A DNA stretch of 64,000 bases from Bacteroidales bacterium. GTDB lineage: Bacteria > Bacteroidota > Bacteroidia > Bacteroidales > WCHB1-69. Positions 9,469 to 19,206 of the stretch are shown here, piece by piece. Both the position numbers and the translations under genes were made by a program. The stretch is taken from NCBI GenBank assembly GCA_038210985.1, contig JBBQWB010000003.1:465-64464 (forward strand), given 5' to 3'. Within the stretch, counting starts at the first letter, position 1, and each line of letters opens with the position of its first letter. The notes below the pieces were generated by a model that was given only the letters and a program-made list of their open reading frames with translations, was not told where the DNA came from and did no database searches.

Positions 9469-10182
9469 ATGATGCTAAATAATTCCAAAAAGAGGCGTAT
9501 TGCTCTTTTAATAGATCCAGACAAAGTGGACGAATTGTTTCTAACTTGGATTGTGGAGGAATGTTTGCTTAGTCCTGTGGATTGTTTTTTGGTTGGAGGG
9601 AGTTTGCTGATGGGCGATTCATTCGAAAAAACTATAATTTTTTTAAAAAAACAAACTAAAATTCCTGTATATATTTTTCCGGGTAATATGATGCAAGTAA
9701 GCGATAAAGCCGATGGAATATTATTGTTGTCGTTAATTTCGGGTCGTAATCCCGAATTTTTAATCGGACAACATGTACTGGCAGCTCCAAAACTTAAAAA
9801 AGCTAATATTGATATAATCCCAACGGGCTATATTTTAATAGAAAGTGGCACAAAAACAAGCGTCGAATATATGAGCAATACCAGTCCCATTCCTTCGGGT
9901 AAAACAGATATTGTGGTTTGCACTGCAATGGCTGGAGAATTATTAGGGATGAAAGCTATTTATTTGGAGGCTGGTAGTGGGGCTAAATGCAAGATAAGTT
10001 CCGAATCCATTTCGGCAGTAAAATCCAATACTTCTTGCTTGCTTATTGTTGGTGGCGGAATAAAAACTCCCGATGATGCCGAAACTGCCTTTAAAGCAGG
10101 AGCCGATATTGTTGTAATTGGTACAGCCATTGAAAACAATATAAATGTAATTAAAGAATTTGTCGAAATTGCTAAATATTAA
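9469..10182 (+). CDS. pcrB: Geranylgeranylglyceryl/heptaprenylglyceryl phosphate synthase family, group II-like
   Basis: LLIDPDK, LVGGS, FPGN, SLISGRNPEFLIGQH, PTGYILIESG, LGMKAIYLEAGSGA, VGGGIKT, VVIGT; promoter box TATATTTG at 9442-9449. Confidence 0.92.
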   Translation: MMLNNSKKRRIALLIDPDKVDELFLTWIVEECLLSPVDCFLVGGSLLMGDSFEKTIIFLKKQTKIPVYIFPGNMMQVSDKADGILLLSLISGRNPEFLIGQHVLAAPKLKKANIDIIPTGYILIESGTKTSVEYMSNTSPIPSGKTDIVVCTAMAGELLGMKAIYLEAGSGAKCKISSESISAVKSNTSCLLIVGGGIKTPDDAETAFKAGADIVVIGTAIENNINVIKEFVEIAKY

Positions 10183-10195
10183 ATAATTATAGAAT

Positions 10196-12325
10196 ATGAA
10201 ATCTTTTAAAACCCTATTATTTTCGGTATTATTCCTTGTTAGTTTATGTTCTTTTGGACAAAAAGGAATGATAAATTTACCAGATGTTTTTACAGGAAAA
10301 TTATCCCCTCAAAGTTTAAGTCAACTTCAGTGGAAAAATAATAATGTTTACACATGGGTTGCAAATAATGCCATTGTTCAGTGTGATACCAAAAAAAACA
10401 AAATCGATACTGTTATCAATCTCGCTAGGTTTAATGAATCAATGAAATCGCTTGGATTGGAATCGATGAAAAGAATTCCTTTATTTACTTGGACGGACGA
10501 TAATTCGTTTGCTTTTTTAACCGAAACCAGATATGTTTCGTTTGATTTAAAAACAAAAAGAGCTTCGGTAATTACCGAATTTTTAAAAGATGGTGATCAT
10601 TTTGAAATTGACCCAACCAAAAAGAAAGTTGCCTACGTTCAAAAAAACAATATCTATGTTTCGGAAAGCAAAAATAATTTTCCAGTAACAAAAGATGGTG
10701 GAAATGGAATTAAAAATGGAACCGAAGTGCATCGAAACGAGTGGGGAATTAATAAAGGTTTGTTTTGGTCTCCAACAGGAAATTATTTAGCTTTTTACCG
10801 GATGGATGAATCGATGGTTACTGATTATCCTTTGGTTGACATATCCAAACGTGTTGCTGCTGCGGATTTTGAAAAATATCCGATGGCTGGTATGGAAAGT
10901 CATCATGTAACCATTGGAATTTATAACAACTCAAATGGTGAAACGGTTTTTTTGCAAACTGGCGAGCCTAAAGAGCAGTTTTTAACCAATGTAGTTTGGG
11001 GAAAAGATGAATTATCCATTTATGTTGCTGTTTTAAATCGGTATCAAAATAATTTAAAATTGAATCAATACGATGCTTTAACTGGGTTTTTTATAAAAAC
11101 AGTTTACGAAGAAAAAAATAACCGTTATGTGGAACCAACAAGTCCTATGTGTTTTTTAAATAGTAATTCCGATCAGTTTTTATGGTTAAGTCAGCGCGAC
11201 GGATGGAATCACTTTTACCAGTTCGACCGTTATGGAACCATGTTAAAACAACTCACTAAAGGCCAATGGGTTGTGCAAGAGTTAATTGGAACGGATGCAA
11301 AAGATGAATTTTTATACTTTATGGCAAGCATCGACAGTCCGATTGAATCGCATGTTTATTCGTACGAATTTAAAACAGGTAAATTGGTAAAACTCACGAA
11401 TGTTATTGGTCAACACAATGCATATTTTTCGCCCGATTACAAATATTTTATCGACCAATATAATAGCCAAACAATTCCCAATAAATATGTTTTAATGACA
11501 AATAATGGAACAAAAGTTAGGGATATTTTTGAGAGCACAAACCCATTGACAAGTTATAATTTAGGAGAAACAAGCATTTTTACCATCAAAAATAAAGAAA
11601 ATCAGGATTTATATTGTCGAATGATAAAACCATCCGATTTTGATCCATCGAAAAAATATCCAGTATTGGTTTATATATATGGAGGTCCACATTCTCAATT
11701 GGTTAAAAACAGTTGGAATGGAGCAGGACATTTTTTGCAATACATGGCTCAAAAAGGATATTTAATCTTCACACTAGATAATCGTGGAACTTCTAATCGT
11801 GGTTTTGAGTTTGAAAGTTGCATCCATCGTCATGTTGGAGATTTGGAAATGGAAGATCAGATGGAAGGGGTAAATTATTTGAAAAAGCTACCTTATGTTG
11901 ATTCTACTCGAATGGGATTGGATGGTTGGAGTTATGGTGGATTTATGGTGTTGACAATGATGCTTCGTAATCCTGGAGTTTTTATTTCGGCTACTTGTGG
12001 AGGTCCGGTTGTCGATTGGAAATGGTATGAAATAATGTATGGCGAACGTTATATGGATCGCCCAGACGAAAACATGGATGGCTATGAAACAGCTTCGGTA
12101 CTCAATTATGTTAAAAATCTTCAGGGCAATTTATTGATTTTCCAAGGATTACAGGATGCTACGGTCGTTCCACAACATAGTTTGTCGTTTATAGATAAAT
12201 GTATTCAAGAAGGAAAAATGGTGGATTATTTTGTTTATCCAAGCCACGAGCATAATGTTCGTGGAATTGACAGAGTTCATTTATGGCGAAAAATTGAACG
12301 CCATCATGATATGTATTTGAAATAA
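10196..12325 (+). CDS. Dipeptidyl peptidase IV (S9B), periplasmic
   Basis: Signal peptide, beta-propeller region, KYPMAG, GWSYGG nucleophile, QDATV and HEHNV acid/base residues. Confidence 0.95.
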   Translation: MKSFKTLLFSVLFLVSLCSFGQKGMINLPDVFTGKLSPQSLSQLQWKNNNVYTWVANNAIVQCDTKKNKIDTVINLARFNESMKSLGLESMKRIPLFTWTDDNSFAFLTETRYVSFDLKTKRASVITEFLKDGDHFEIDPTKKKVAYVQKNNIYVSESKNNFPVTKDGGNGIKNGTEVHRNEWGINKGLFWSPTGNYLAFYRMDESMVTDYPLVDISKRVAAADFEKYPMAGMESHHVTIGIYNNSNGETVFLQTGEPKEQFLTNVVWGKDELSIYVAVLNRYQNNLKLNQYDALTGFFIKTVYEEKNNRYVEPTSPMCFLNSNSDQFLWLSQRDGWNHFYQFDRYGTMLKQLTKGQWVVQELIGTDAKDEFLYFMASIDSPIESHVYSYEFKTGKLVKLTNVIGQHNAYFSPDYKYFIDQYNSQTIPNKYVLMTNNGTKVRDIFESTNPLTSYNLGETSIFTIKNKENQDLYCRMIKPSDFDPSKKYPVLVYIYGGPHSQLVKNSWNGAGHFLQYMAQKGYLIFTLDNRGTSNRGFEFESCIHRHVGDLEMEDQMEGVNYLKKLPYVDSTRMGLDGWSYGGFMVLTMMLRNPGVFISATCGGPVVDWKWYEIMYGERYMDRPDENMDGYETASVLNYVKNLQGNLLIFQGLQDATVVPQHSLSFIDKCIQEGKMVDYFVYPSHEHNVRGIDRVHLWRKIERHHDMYLK

Positions 12326-12326
12326 C

Positions 12327-12411
12327 GTTGTGCGAAGTCTTTGTCCGAAGTCAGAGACTTCGGACAACTATCTATCAGGTTGTTTGTGCGAAGTCTGTGA
12401 CTTCGCACAAA
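12327..12411. repeat. REP-like family C palindromes (also a likely terminator between convergent genes)
   Basis: ttgtccgaagtc-aga-gacttcggacaa and tttgtgcgaagtc-tgt-gacttcgcacaaa, plus a half copy. Confidence 0.78.
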
Positions 12412-12423
12412 CAAACAACACAA

Positions 12424-15400
12424 CTATTCCCTTATAATATTTATTTTTCCAGTTTTGTTATATTGTTTGGATGAAATTGAATAAAGGTAAATTCCATTGC
12501 TTGTTATTCCCGAAACATTCAATTTGCTTCCATTTTCTGTAAAATCTGTTTTAGAATATGTTTGGATACATTTTCCGTCTATGGTAAATATGCGAACTAT
12601 AATATCTTCTTCCACCATTTTGTCAAATTTAATAGCAAAATTTCCAGTGGAGGGATTTGGATAAACCTTACACAATGATTCGGTCTGGTTTTCATTAATG
12701 TTTTCGGCAGATATTACGGTTAAATGAATTGGAATGTTTGTAATTGAAGCATTGTTGAAAGTTATAATGGCACTTCCTTCGTAAACTCCTTGTTGCAAAT
12801 TATGGGTATCAAAACTCATAATAACCGTATCCGTTTCAAGTCCGTTAAGCGAACCAGCAGAATATCTTGCGTTTAACCAATATAAATTATAACCTTGCAA
12901 ATCTTTAAGTTGAATTTGATAAAGCAATATTGAGTTATTTGAGTTTTGTATATAAACAGGATAATCTACAATTTCGTTTCGGTTTAACGTTAAGCTAATG
13001 GAATCAGGAGCAGTTGAAAACTGTGGATTTGAACTTCCCAAAACAGGAAATTTGATGTTATCAATCCATGCAGCATCAAATCCGGCACTTACAGTGTAGT
13101 CCTTTACATACGACCATTTAAAAGTGTGAGTTCCAGCCGAAACTTGATAAAATTCTTCGCTCCAATTTATGGTTCCATCCCATCTGCCTTGCTCGGTTCC
13201 ATCTATTGAAAAATAAAGGTAATCCCAATTTGCACCGCTTTGTTGGTCTTCGCACGATACTTTTTTATGAAAGCGAACAAAACCAGGTGTTAAAATATTT
13301 AATTCAACCGACATGTCAGAATTTTGGCTGTGGGTTATCAAGCCCGAACGGCTGCTATACAAACCCTCATAAACAGTATCTGTTTTTATAGTCCAAGGCA
13401 ATGTGTTCATTACCCAAGGATATGAAGTATAGTTTCCAGTTTCAAAATTTTCGCCCGCAGAACCAGCATAAAGCGAAAACACATTCGTAAAATGGAAGTT
13501 TTCGGAGGAGGTTAAATTCATTACAAAATCATACATCCTGTTTTCGATAAATGAAGAATATGTTCGGACAATAAATGTAAATTGATGGGATTGAAAAGGT
13601 GCTATGCTTGTTGTTGAATCAATATTTTTGGTAATAATTAAGCCGACTTCATTGGAACTTAATAGAGCCTGAATGTTATGTAGTGTTGAACCACCCGAAT
13701 TATTAACGGTTACTTTAATCGTGTCTGTTTCGAGTTTATTTAATGTATTATTATTTCCATCAAATACCTGAACCGAAGATATTACTAATTCTGCCGAATA
13801 CGCAATTAAAGCTATACGTGTATGCGATGGATTTCCGTCGCAAATCACATCTAAATCAATAAAAATTGGATGCTCATTTGGAATGTTAGTACTCACATTA
13901 AATTTAAAAGCATTATTTAAAGTATATGAATTTCCTGGTCCGATGTAACCAAAATACTCTGTGTTATCCGTAAATGTAATATATGGATCGGAACTCGAAG
14001 CTACGATTTGAGCGTTTGTAACTGCAATTGAGTCAATGTTTTTAATGGTAACTGTAAGTTTAGTTTCTTCGCCATTTTCAATACGATTATCAGTTCCAGA
14101 AATAACAGAATGTGAAGTTACCACAATGCGATTGCTAAAGGATGAAGATAAAGAAACGGTTTTGCGAGCCAATAAATCGTTGTTGTCAATGACTTTTACT
14201 TTTATCGGGAAATTATTATAATAGCTTGAAATATTGCCAGTTAATAAGCCATCTTCAGACAAATTTAATTCATCTGGAAATGTGTTTACGGTAAATTGAA
14301 CTTTTTTAGCTTCGGAATTAGTTAAAAATGAATTGGAAAGCGAAGTGTATAAAATGTCTTTGGCGTTTCCTCGCGAAATTCCAGATTTCCAAATATTTCC
14401 TGCTGAAGTTGTGATGTTTCCATAATAGAATTCAATTTGACCATTTGCAAATAGTTTAAGACTTACATTTACCAATGAGCCAGCTTGATTTTTTACCCCA
14501 ACTAACCATCTAACAGCAACATAATCGGAGCTTGATTCAAACCAAATGCCTTGTCCCGAATTAATAATTAAATCGGCAAAATATGGTGCAATTAACTCAT
14601 GACTTTTAAAAATCAAATCGTTATCGATTGGAAATGGCCAATTATAAATATTGTAACGGAATTCGACGTAGCCATCGACATAAATGACGATTTGATTGTA
14701 TTTTTTTCCGAAATACGTAAAAGTAAAAGGTAAACTTTTGATAACATAGCCATTGTCGCTATTATTCATTGTAAGTTGTTGCTGAACAATATTTGGATAA
14801 GCTTCACTGTTTGTGCTCGCTTGATAATTGTAATCGAACTCCCATTTATAAGGAGATGTTCCTTGTGTAGCGGTGAGTTGATGTTCGTAATTTTCGTATG
14901 CTTCGGCGGTAGGCAAAATGTTATCGCTAATTTGCGGGGATGAGTAATTTATGCTTGCTTCGGCTGTAAGATAGGTGGTAGTGTTGTTTTGAATGGGAAC
15001 ATTCGTTTGGGTAGATTGGATTTCGGAAGGAGTTGCAGAAGTGTATTTTATTACCGAAAAGCTAATTACATCTCCCGAAAACTGGCTGCTTGGGTCGGTT
15101 TCGTCAATTTTTAAGAAGAATTTTGTGGGACTTCCCGATTGAATATGGTTAAGTAATTCCGAAACATCTAATCCAAATTCTAATGTTTTAGAAATTTCGA
15201 GCGTGTCGCCCGTCATGTAAAAATCGCCACCTTGGTTATTGAAAACCGAAAATTCTTGAATATAATCTGGAGTTGAGGCAGATAAGTTTGAAGAAATACC
15301 TGCCGATATTTTCAATCGTCCTCTACCAGTGTGTTTAATTTTAACTTTATAAGTCAGAAGTGGATTTACATTTTCGCGAACTTTAATTACATAAACAGTG

Positions 15401-16410
15401 TTGTTCCAAATTCCTCCATTGTTTAAATTATCTGCTAAGGTTTTATACATCATGTAGCAAAAACCATTATCTGCAAAATCATAACCAAACGAATTTGTGA
15501 ATTTTAATCCACCAATTTCCCAATCTCGCATGTCAACTATTTCATCGCCATTAATATCAATGTCATTAGTATATTGTCCATCAAGGTTATAATCGAATCG
15601 AATGGAATCGTTAAAGCCTACAATGGTTTGACAATGATTAACGTAAGAACCAAAGGTAGTAATAACTTTTGCTCCTGCTTCTGGTGTGCCTGCTGGCAAT
15701 GTTGGAAAAGTATAGCTGTTTGAAATATAAGTTGAATAAAAATTCGCCAAACTACCAACATCTGAGCCGTCAAGGTGATCATAAATCCAGGCTTTTAGTG
15801 TTAATAATCCTTCGGGAGTATTTACAGGAATTGCATACACTTGATAAATTCGGTTTTTCATCGATTTATAGTAAAAATCGTATCCACTTTTCCAAAGTTT
15901 GTATCCTCCAAAATATGGAGTTCCGCCCCAGTCTTCAACGTTTGGACTTCCAGCCATTCTAATAACATCCCATGTTTCCAAACAATTTACTCCTAAATTT
16001 GAGCCGTTATTTTTAAAATTCCAAGCAAAGTGTGTTGGATATTGTGTGGCAATTGTACTAGCAGGTGTGTTTCTAACACGGTCAATTTCGTAGGTGAAAT
16101 TGTAAGCAATACCCGATGCTTGACCACACTCCAAAGCACTTTGATAATAAATCCAGCGTAAGTAAGGTTGAGTTGAATTATCTACCGACCAAGGAATTGT
16201 TTTAGTTCCATTTTTATAAATTTCGGGAAGTATTAACACAGGCGTGCTTAAATGAATTAATGTGTCTAAGGACGAAACTATGTTTCCTAAATTGCGATAG
16301 TATTGATCTGCATTATGCCTTTCTTGCGTAGTGTTTTGAGCTAAAGAAAAAAAAGAACTCAACAGTAATATGGATAAAATTAAAAACGAAGTTAATTTTA
16401 ATCGATTCAT
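12424..16410 (-). CDS. Secreted papain-like (C1-type) cysteine peptidase, multidomain, T9SS type A CTD
   Basis: IPWSVDN, Q90-SALE-C95-GQASG, NHCQTIVGFND, NSFG..FADNGF; Ig-like and beta-sandwich repeats; CTD VYPNPSTG..IFTIDGK..GIYLYSI....KINII. Confidence 0.8.
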   Translation of the reverse strand: MNRLKLTSFLILSILLLSSFFSLAQNTTQERHNADQYYRNLGNIVSSLDTLIHLSTPVLILPEIYKNGTKTIPWSVDNSTQPYLRWIYYQSALECGQASGIAYNFTYEIDRVRNTPASTIATQYPTHFAWNFKNNGSNLGVNCLETWDVIRMAGSPNVEDWGGTPYFGGYKLWKSGYDFYYKSMKNRIYQVYAIPVNTPEGLLTLKAWIYDHLDGSDVGSLANFYSTYISNSYTFPTLPAGTPEAGAKVITTFGSYVNHCQTIVGFNDSIRFDYNLDGQYTNDIDINGDEIVDMRDWEIGGLKFTNSFGYDFADNGFCYMMYKTLADNLNNGGIWNNTVYVIKVRENVNPLLTYKVKIKHTGRGRLKISAGISSNLSASTPDYIQEFSVFNNQGGDFYMTGDTLEISKTLEFGLDVSELLNHIQSGSPTKFFLKIDETDPSSQFSGDVISFSVIKYTSATPSEIQSTQTNVPIQNNTTTYLTAEASINYSSPQISDNILPTAEAYENYEHQLTATQGTSPYKWEFDYNYQASTNSEAYPNIVQQQLTMNNSDNGYVIKSLPFTFTYFGKKYNQIVIYVDGYVEFRYNIYNWPFPIDNDLIFKSHELIAPYFADLIINSGQGIWFESSSDYVAVRWLVGVKNQAGSLVNVSLKLFANGQIEFYYGNITTSAGNIWKSGISRGNAKDILYTSLSNSFLTNSEAKKVQFTVNTFPDELNLSEDGLLTGNISSYYNNFPIKVKVIDNNDLLARKTVSLSSSFSNRIVVTSHSVISGTDNRIENGEETKLTVTIKNIDSIAVTNAQIVASSSDPYITFTDNTEYFGYIGPGNSYTLNNAFKFNVSTNIPNEHPIFIDLDVICDGNPSHTRIALIAYSAELVISSVQVFDGNNNTLNKLETDTIKVTVNNSGGSTLHNIQALLSSNEVGLIITKNIDSTTSIAPFQSHQFTFIVRTYSSFIENRMYDFVMNLTSSENFHFTNVFSLYAGSAGENFETGNYTSYPWVMNTLPWTIKTDTVYEGLYSSRSGLITHSQNSDMSVELNILTPGFVRFHKKVSCEDQQSGANWDYLYFSIDGTEQGRWDGTINWSEEFYQVSAGTHTFKWSYVKDYTVSAGFDAAWIDNIKFPVLGSSNPQFSTAPDSISLTLNRNEIVDYPVYIQNSNNSILLYQIQLKDLQGYNLYWLNARYSAGSLNGLETDTVIMSFDTHNLQQGVYEGSAIITFNNASITNIPIHLTVISAENINENQTESLCKVYPNPSTGNFAIKFDKMVEEDIIVRIFTIDGKCIQTYSKTDFTENGSKLNVSGITSNGIYLYSISSKQYNKTGKINIIRE

Positions 16411-16442
16411 AATTTTTTATATTGATTGTGAAGAATAGTTTG

Positions 16443-19085
16443 TTAATTAAATTTTGCACCTAAAGTAACGGTTTTTTTTGTTCGGGTAACTTTACCATCT
16501 ATCGACCATAATTCGATGAAAACTATGTAAATACCGACAGATGCTCGTAATTTATCTTCGTTGGTTCCGTCCCATGAATAAACACCTTCGGTGGATAATA
16601 AATCATTGTTAACCAATTGTTTTATTTTTTGTCCCGAACTCGAATAAATCCAAATATTTGCTCGATATCCAGATTCGCCTAATTTATAACCAATAAAAAG
16701 CAAGTCGTTATTTCCATCGTTATCTGGCGTAAATATTTGAGGTTCAATAGTAAATGTTTCATCTGTTTGAATAAAATCTGAAAATTGAGAATTTTTATAT
16801 CCAGGAGTTCCATAGCCAACCTGCGATGAAGCCGAGTGCCAATTTGAATTATTTTGTGTTGGTTGATTCGGATTCACTCTTTCTAAAGATACACCTTTTG
16901 TAGTTCGAAGTAATGGATAATGCATGCTTACATCGTACACTAATAAATCGATATTTACAAAGTTTGTATCTTGAATCATCACAGTTCCAGCATCGTTGTT
17001 ATAAGTTGGAAATGATGTCATTTGAATAAAGTTTGATGAGCTAAATGTAATATACGAATTTTTTACAACTTGAGTGTTTGATGAAAGCAAAACGTAATCA
17101 CTAGGGAACATTACAAATCCATTGGGGGCAATAGTATATAATTGAGAGCTGCTAGATGTGATTGAACCTAATTTGAGTTTGCTTAAATCAATATATTTAT
17201 TCGATTTATTGTATATTTCGATATAATCCACACTGCCGTCTAAAGGGTTTGAAAGTACTTCATTTATAACAATGTCGCCAACTTGCGCAGGAACTGGCAC
17301 CGCAAAAGCTACGCTTGAATGCAAGGCAATATAATTTCCAACACAGTCAGTTATAGTATCCGTAATTGTTAAGTTGTAAGTTGTATTTTGTTGAAATTCT
17401 TGGGTAAAAGTAAGCGTAACAAATTTCAATTTAGGATCATCCGAAACAATTAAAGCAGGATTGCCAATTCCTTTATCAATTGTAAAATTTGAAAGATTGA
17501 AAAAGGTGGCGTTATCCATACTTTCGGAAAAGAAAACTCGAACGGTATTTTGGTCCAAAGCAACGGCATTAATTAGGCTTGGATTAATTAAATCTGGATT
17601 TGAAGCAAAAATAGAGTTTTGTGTTCCGGGGGTGCCTCCGCTCGGATTGGTAGAGGCTTTCCAATTTGTTTGTTCCGCACAAGGATTGTTTGGGTCAATC
17701 ATTTCCAGCGACCAGCCTCCATCTTTTTTTAAGTTGTTTTGATACCAAGAGCTAGAAAAAGAAACTGAATGAATAGTAATATTTTCGGGACTGATAAGGG
17801 ATATATTTTGACCATCGTTTGTAATTGAAAGTGTTGAAACAGCAAGAGTGCTTCCGAACGGATCCATCAAACCTTGGTTAGCTACCGAACAAATTATTAA
17901 ATACGAATTTGCTTGTAAAATAAACAAAGGAAGAATCTTTGTGGTAGTTCCAATTTTTAGCATCCATCCGTTTAAATTTATAGGCAAATTTGTTCGATTG
18001 TATAATTCAACATATTCAACATCGGGTAATCCAACTAAAGGTGTTGGATCAGCCATAATTTCGTTAACGACAACATCCCAAGTGGAAGCAGCATATCTCG
18101 AAAAGGCAATATTAACAGGAACTATTTGATTTTCAGATAAATCTTTAATTCCACTAATTAAAATGTGATATAAAGTATTTACAGCAAATTCGTTGTCGAA
18201 ATTTAAAGTGATGCTTTTCGGAAACAATGGGTCAAAAACAGCCGATGTAGGGGAACCAACAGAATTGTCAACCAAATAGTTGGCAATATTTGTGATGCTT
18301 GATTGTTGAATAAATTCAGAAAATTCTACTAATAATGAAGTAGGACTTGAAACATTAACCGACACAAGAGTAGGAGGAGTGATGTCTTTTTCGATGTTTC
18401 CAACAAAAATATCATCGAAATAAAAATTTGTTTTATTGCTCGAAGTAAACTTACAATAAACGCCAGAGTATCCAACTGGATTAATTGAGTTATCCAAGGC
18501 CGACCCTTCTAAATTATAAGCTGTTCCGCCAATCGAATCGGTGTATAACGTCCACAATCCTTGATTGTTTCGCAAAACTTTTACTCGGATGTTACGACTA
18601 ACTGTGGTTGTTGTAACCGACCCATAAATTACTTTTGTGATGCTTGTTCCAACTTGTTTGCATAGATAAACACTATCCTTTGAGCTATTGTTGTCGTCGC
18701 CAAATTGAATAAAAAATCCATTTAAAGGTCCAGCTAAGTTATCACTGTCTGAAGTTAAATAAAATCGGGCATTATTAGTTGTTGATGTGCCACTGGATAA
18801 ACTCAAACGAACCCAAAAACGCCATTCAATGCTGTCCAAACTGCTTAATTGATTTTGAAACCTAAGATGAGAAATACCTGCTTGAGTAGCATTAAGTTGT
18901 AATCTAGGTTTTGCGCTCCATGTGGAAGATGAGTACGTAGAAATTTGAAATAAGGTGTCGTCTCCCGTCCAAGTTGGGTTTACAGTGAAGTTTCCATCCG
19001 AAAAATCTTCTGTAATTTGTGCTTTAATATTGCAATTTGCAAAAATAATTAGCAAGGATAGAAGAAAAATAGTTTTTTTTGCCAT
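16443..19085 (-). CDS. Lamin-tail-domain/Ig-like surface protein with T9SS type B (CHU_C-like) CTD
   Basis: Two LTD motifs (VVNEIMADP..EYVELYN; VINEVLSNP..DYIEIYN), SbsA-like Ig segments, C-terminal IFTPDNDGNND..IY...G..I...WDGT..GIYI. Confidence 0.85.
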   Translation of the reverse strand: MAKKTIFLLSLLIIFANCNIKAQITEDFSDGNFTVNPTWTGDDTLFQISTYSSSTWSAKPRLQLNATQAGISHLRFQNQLSSLDSIEWRFWVRLSLSSGTSTTNNARFYLTSDSDNLAGPLNGFFIQFGDDNNSSKDSVYLCKQVGTSITKVIYGSVTTTTVSRNIRVKVLRNNQGLWTLYTDSIGGTAYNLEGSALDNSINPVGYSGVYCKFTSSNKTNFYFDDIFVGNIEKDITPPTLVSVNVSSPTSLLVEFSEFIQQSSITNIANYLVDNSVGSPTSAVFDPLFPKSITLNFDNEFAVNTLYHILISGIKDLSENQIVPVNIAFSRYAASTWDVVVNEIMADPTPLVGLPDVEYVELYNRTNLPINLNGWMLKIGTTTKILPLFILQANSYLIICSVANQGLMDPFGSTLAVSTLSITNDGQNISLISPENITIHSVSFSSSWYQNNLKKDGGWSLEMIDPNNPCAEQTNWKASTNPSGGTPGTQNSIFASNPDLINPSLINAVALDQNTVRVFFSESMDNATFFNLSNFTIDKGIGNPALIVSDDPKLKFVTLTFTQEFQQNTTYNLTITDTITDCVGNYIALHSSVAFAVPVPAQVGDIVINEVLSNPLDGSVDYIEIYNKSNKYIDLSKLKLGSITSSSSQLYTIAPNGFVMFPSDYVLLSSNTQVVKNSYITFSSSNFIQMTSFPTYNNDAGTVMIQDTNFVNIDLLVYDVSMHYPLLRTTKGVSLERVNPNQPTQNNSNWHSASSQVGYGTPGYKNSQFSDFIQTDETFTIEPQIFTPDNDGNNDLLFIGYKLGESGYRANIWIYSSSGQKIKQLVNNDLLSTEGVYSWDGTNEDKLRASVGIYIVFIELWSIDGKVTRTKKTVTLGAKFN

Positions 19086-19108
19086 AATGTATATTGTAAT
19101 AAGGATAA

Positions 19109-19184
19109 CAAAGATAGGTAGAAAATATTAAACCAAAAGGATTTTTTTATTGTGATGCTAAAATTAATGAATTTATTACTTTTG
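19109..19184. promoter_or_regulatory. Divergent -7 boxes for the LTD gene (19109-19116, minus) and asd (19177-19184, plus)
   Basis: CAAAGATA on the plus strand (= TATCTTTG on minus) and TACTTTTG. Confidence 0.65.
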
Positions 19185-19206
19185 TCAATAATTAATCAAA
19201 AATAAT

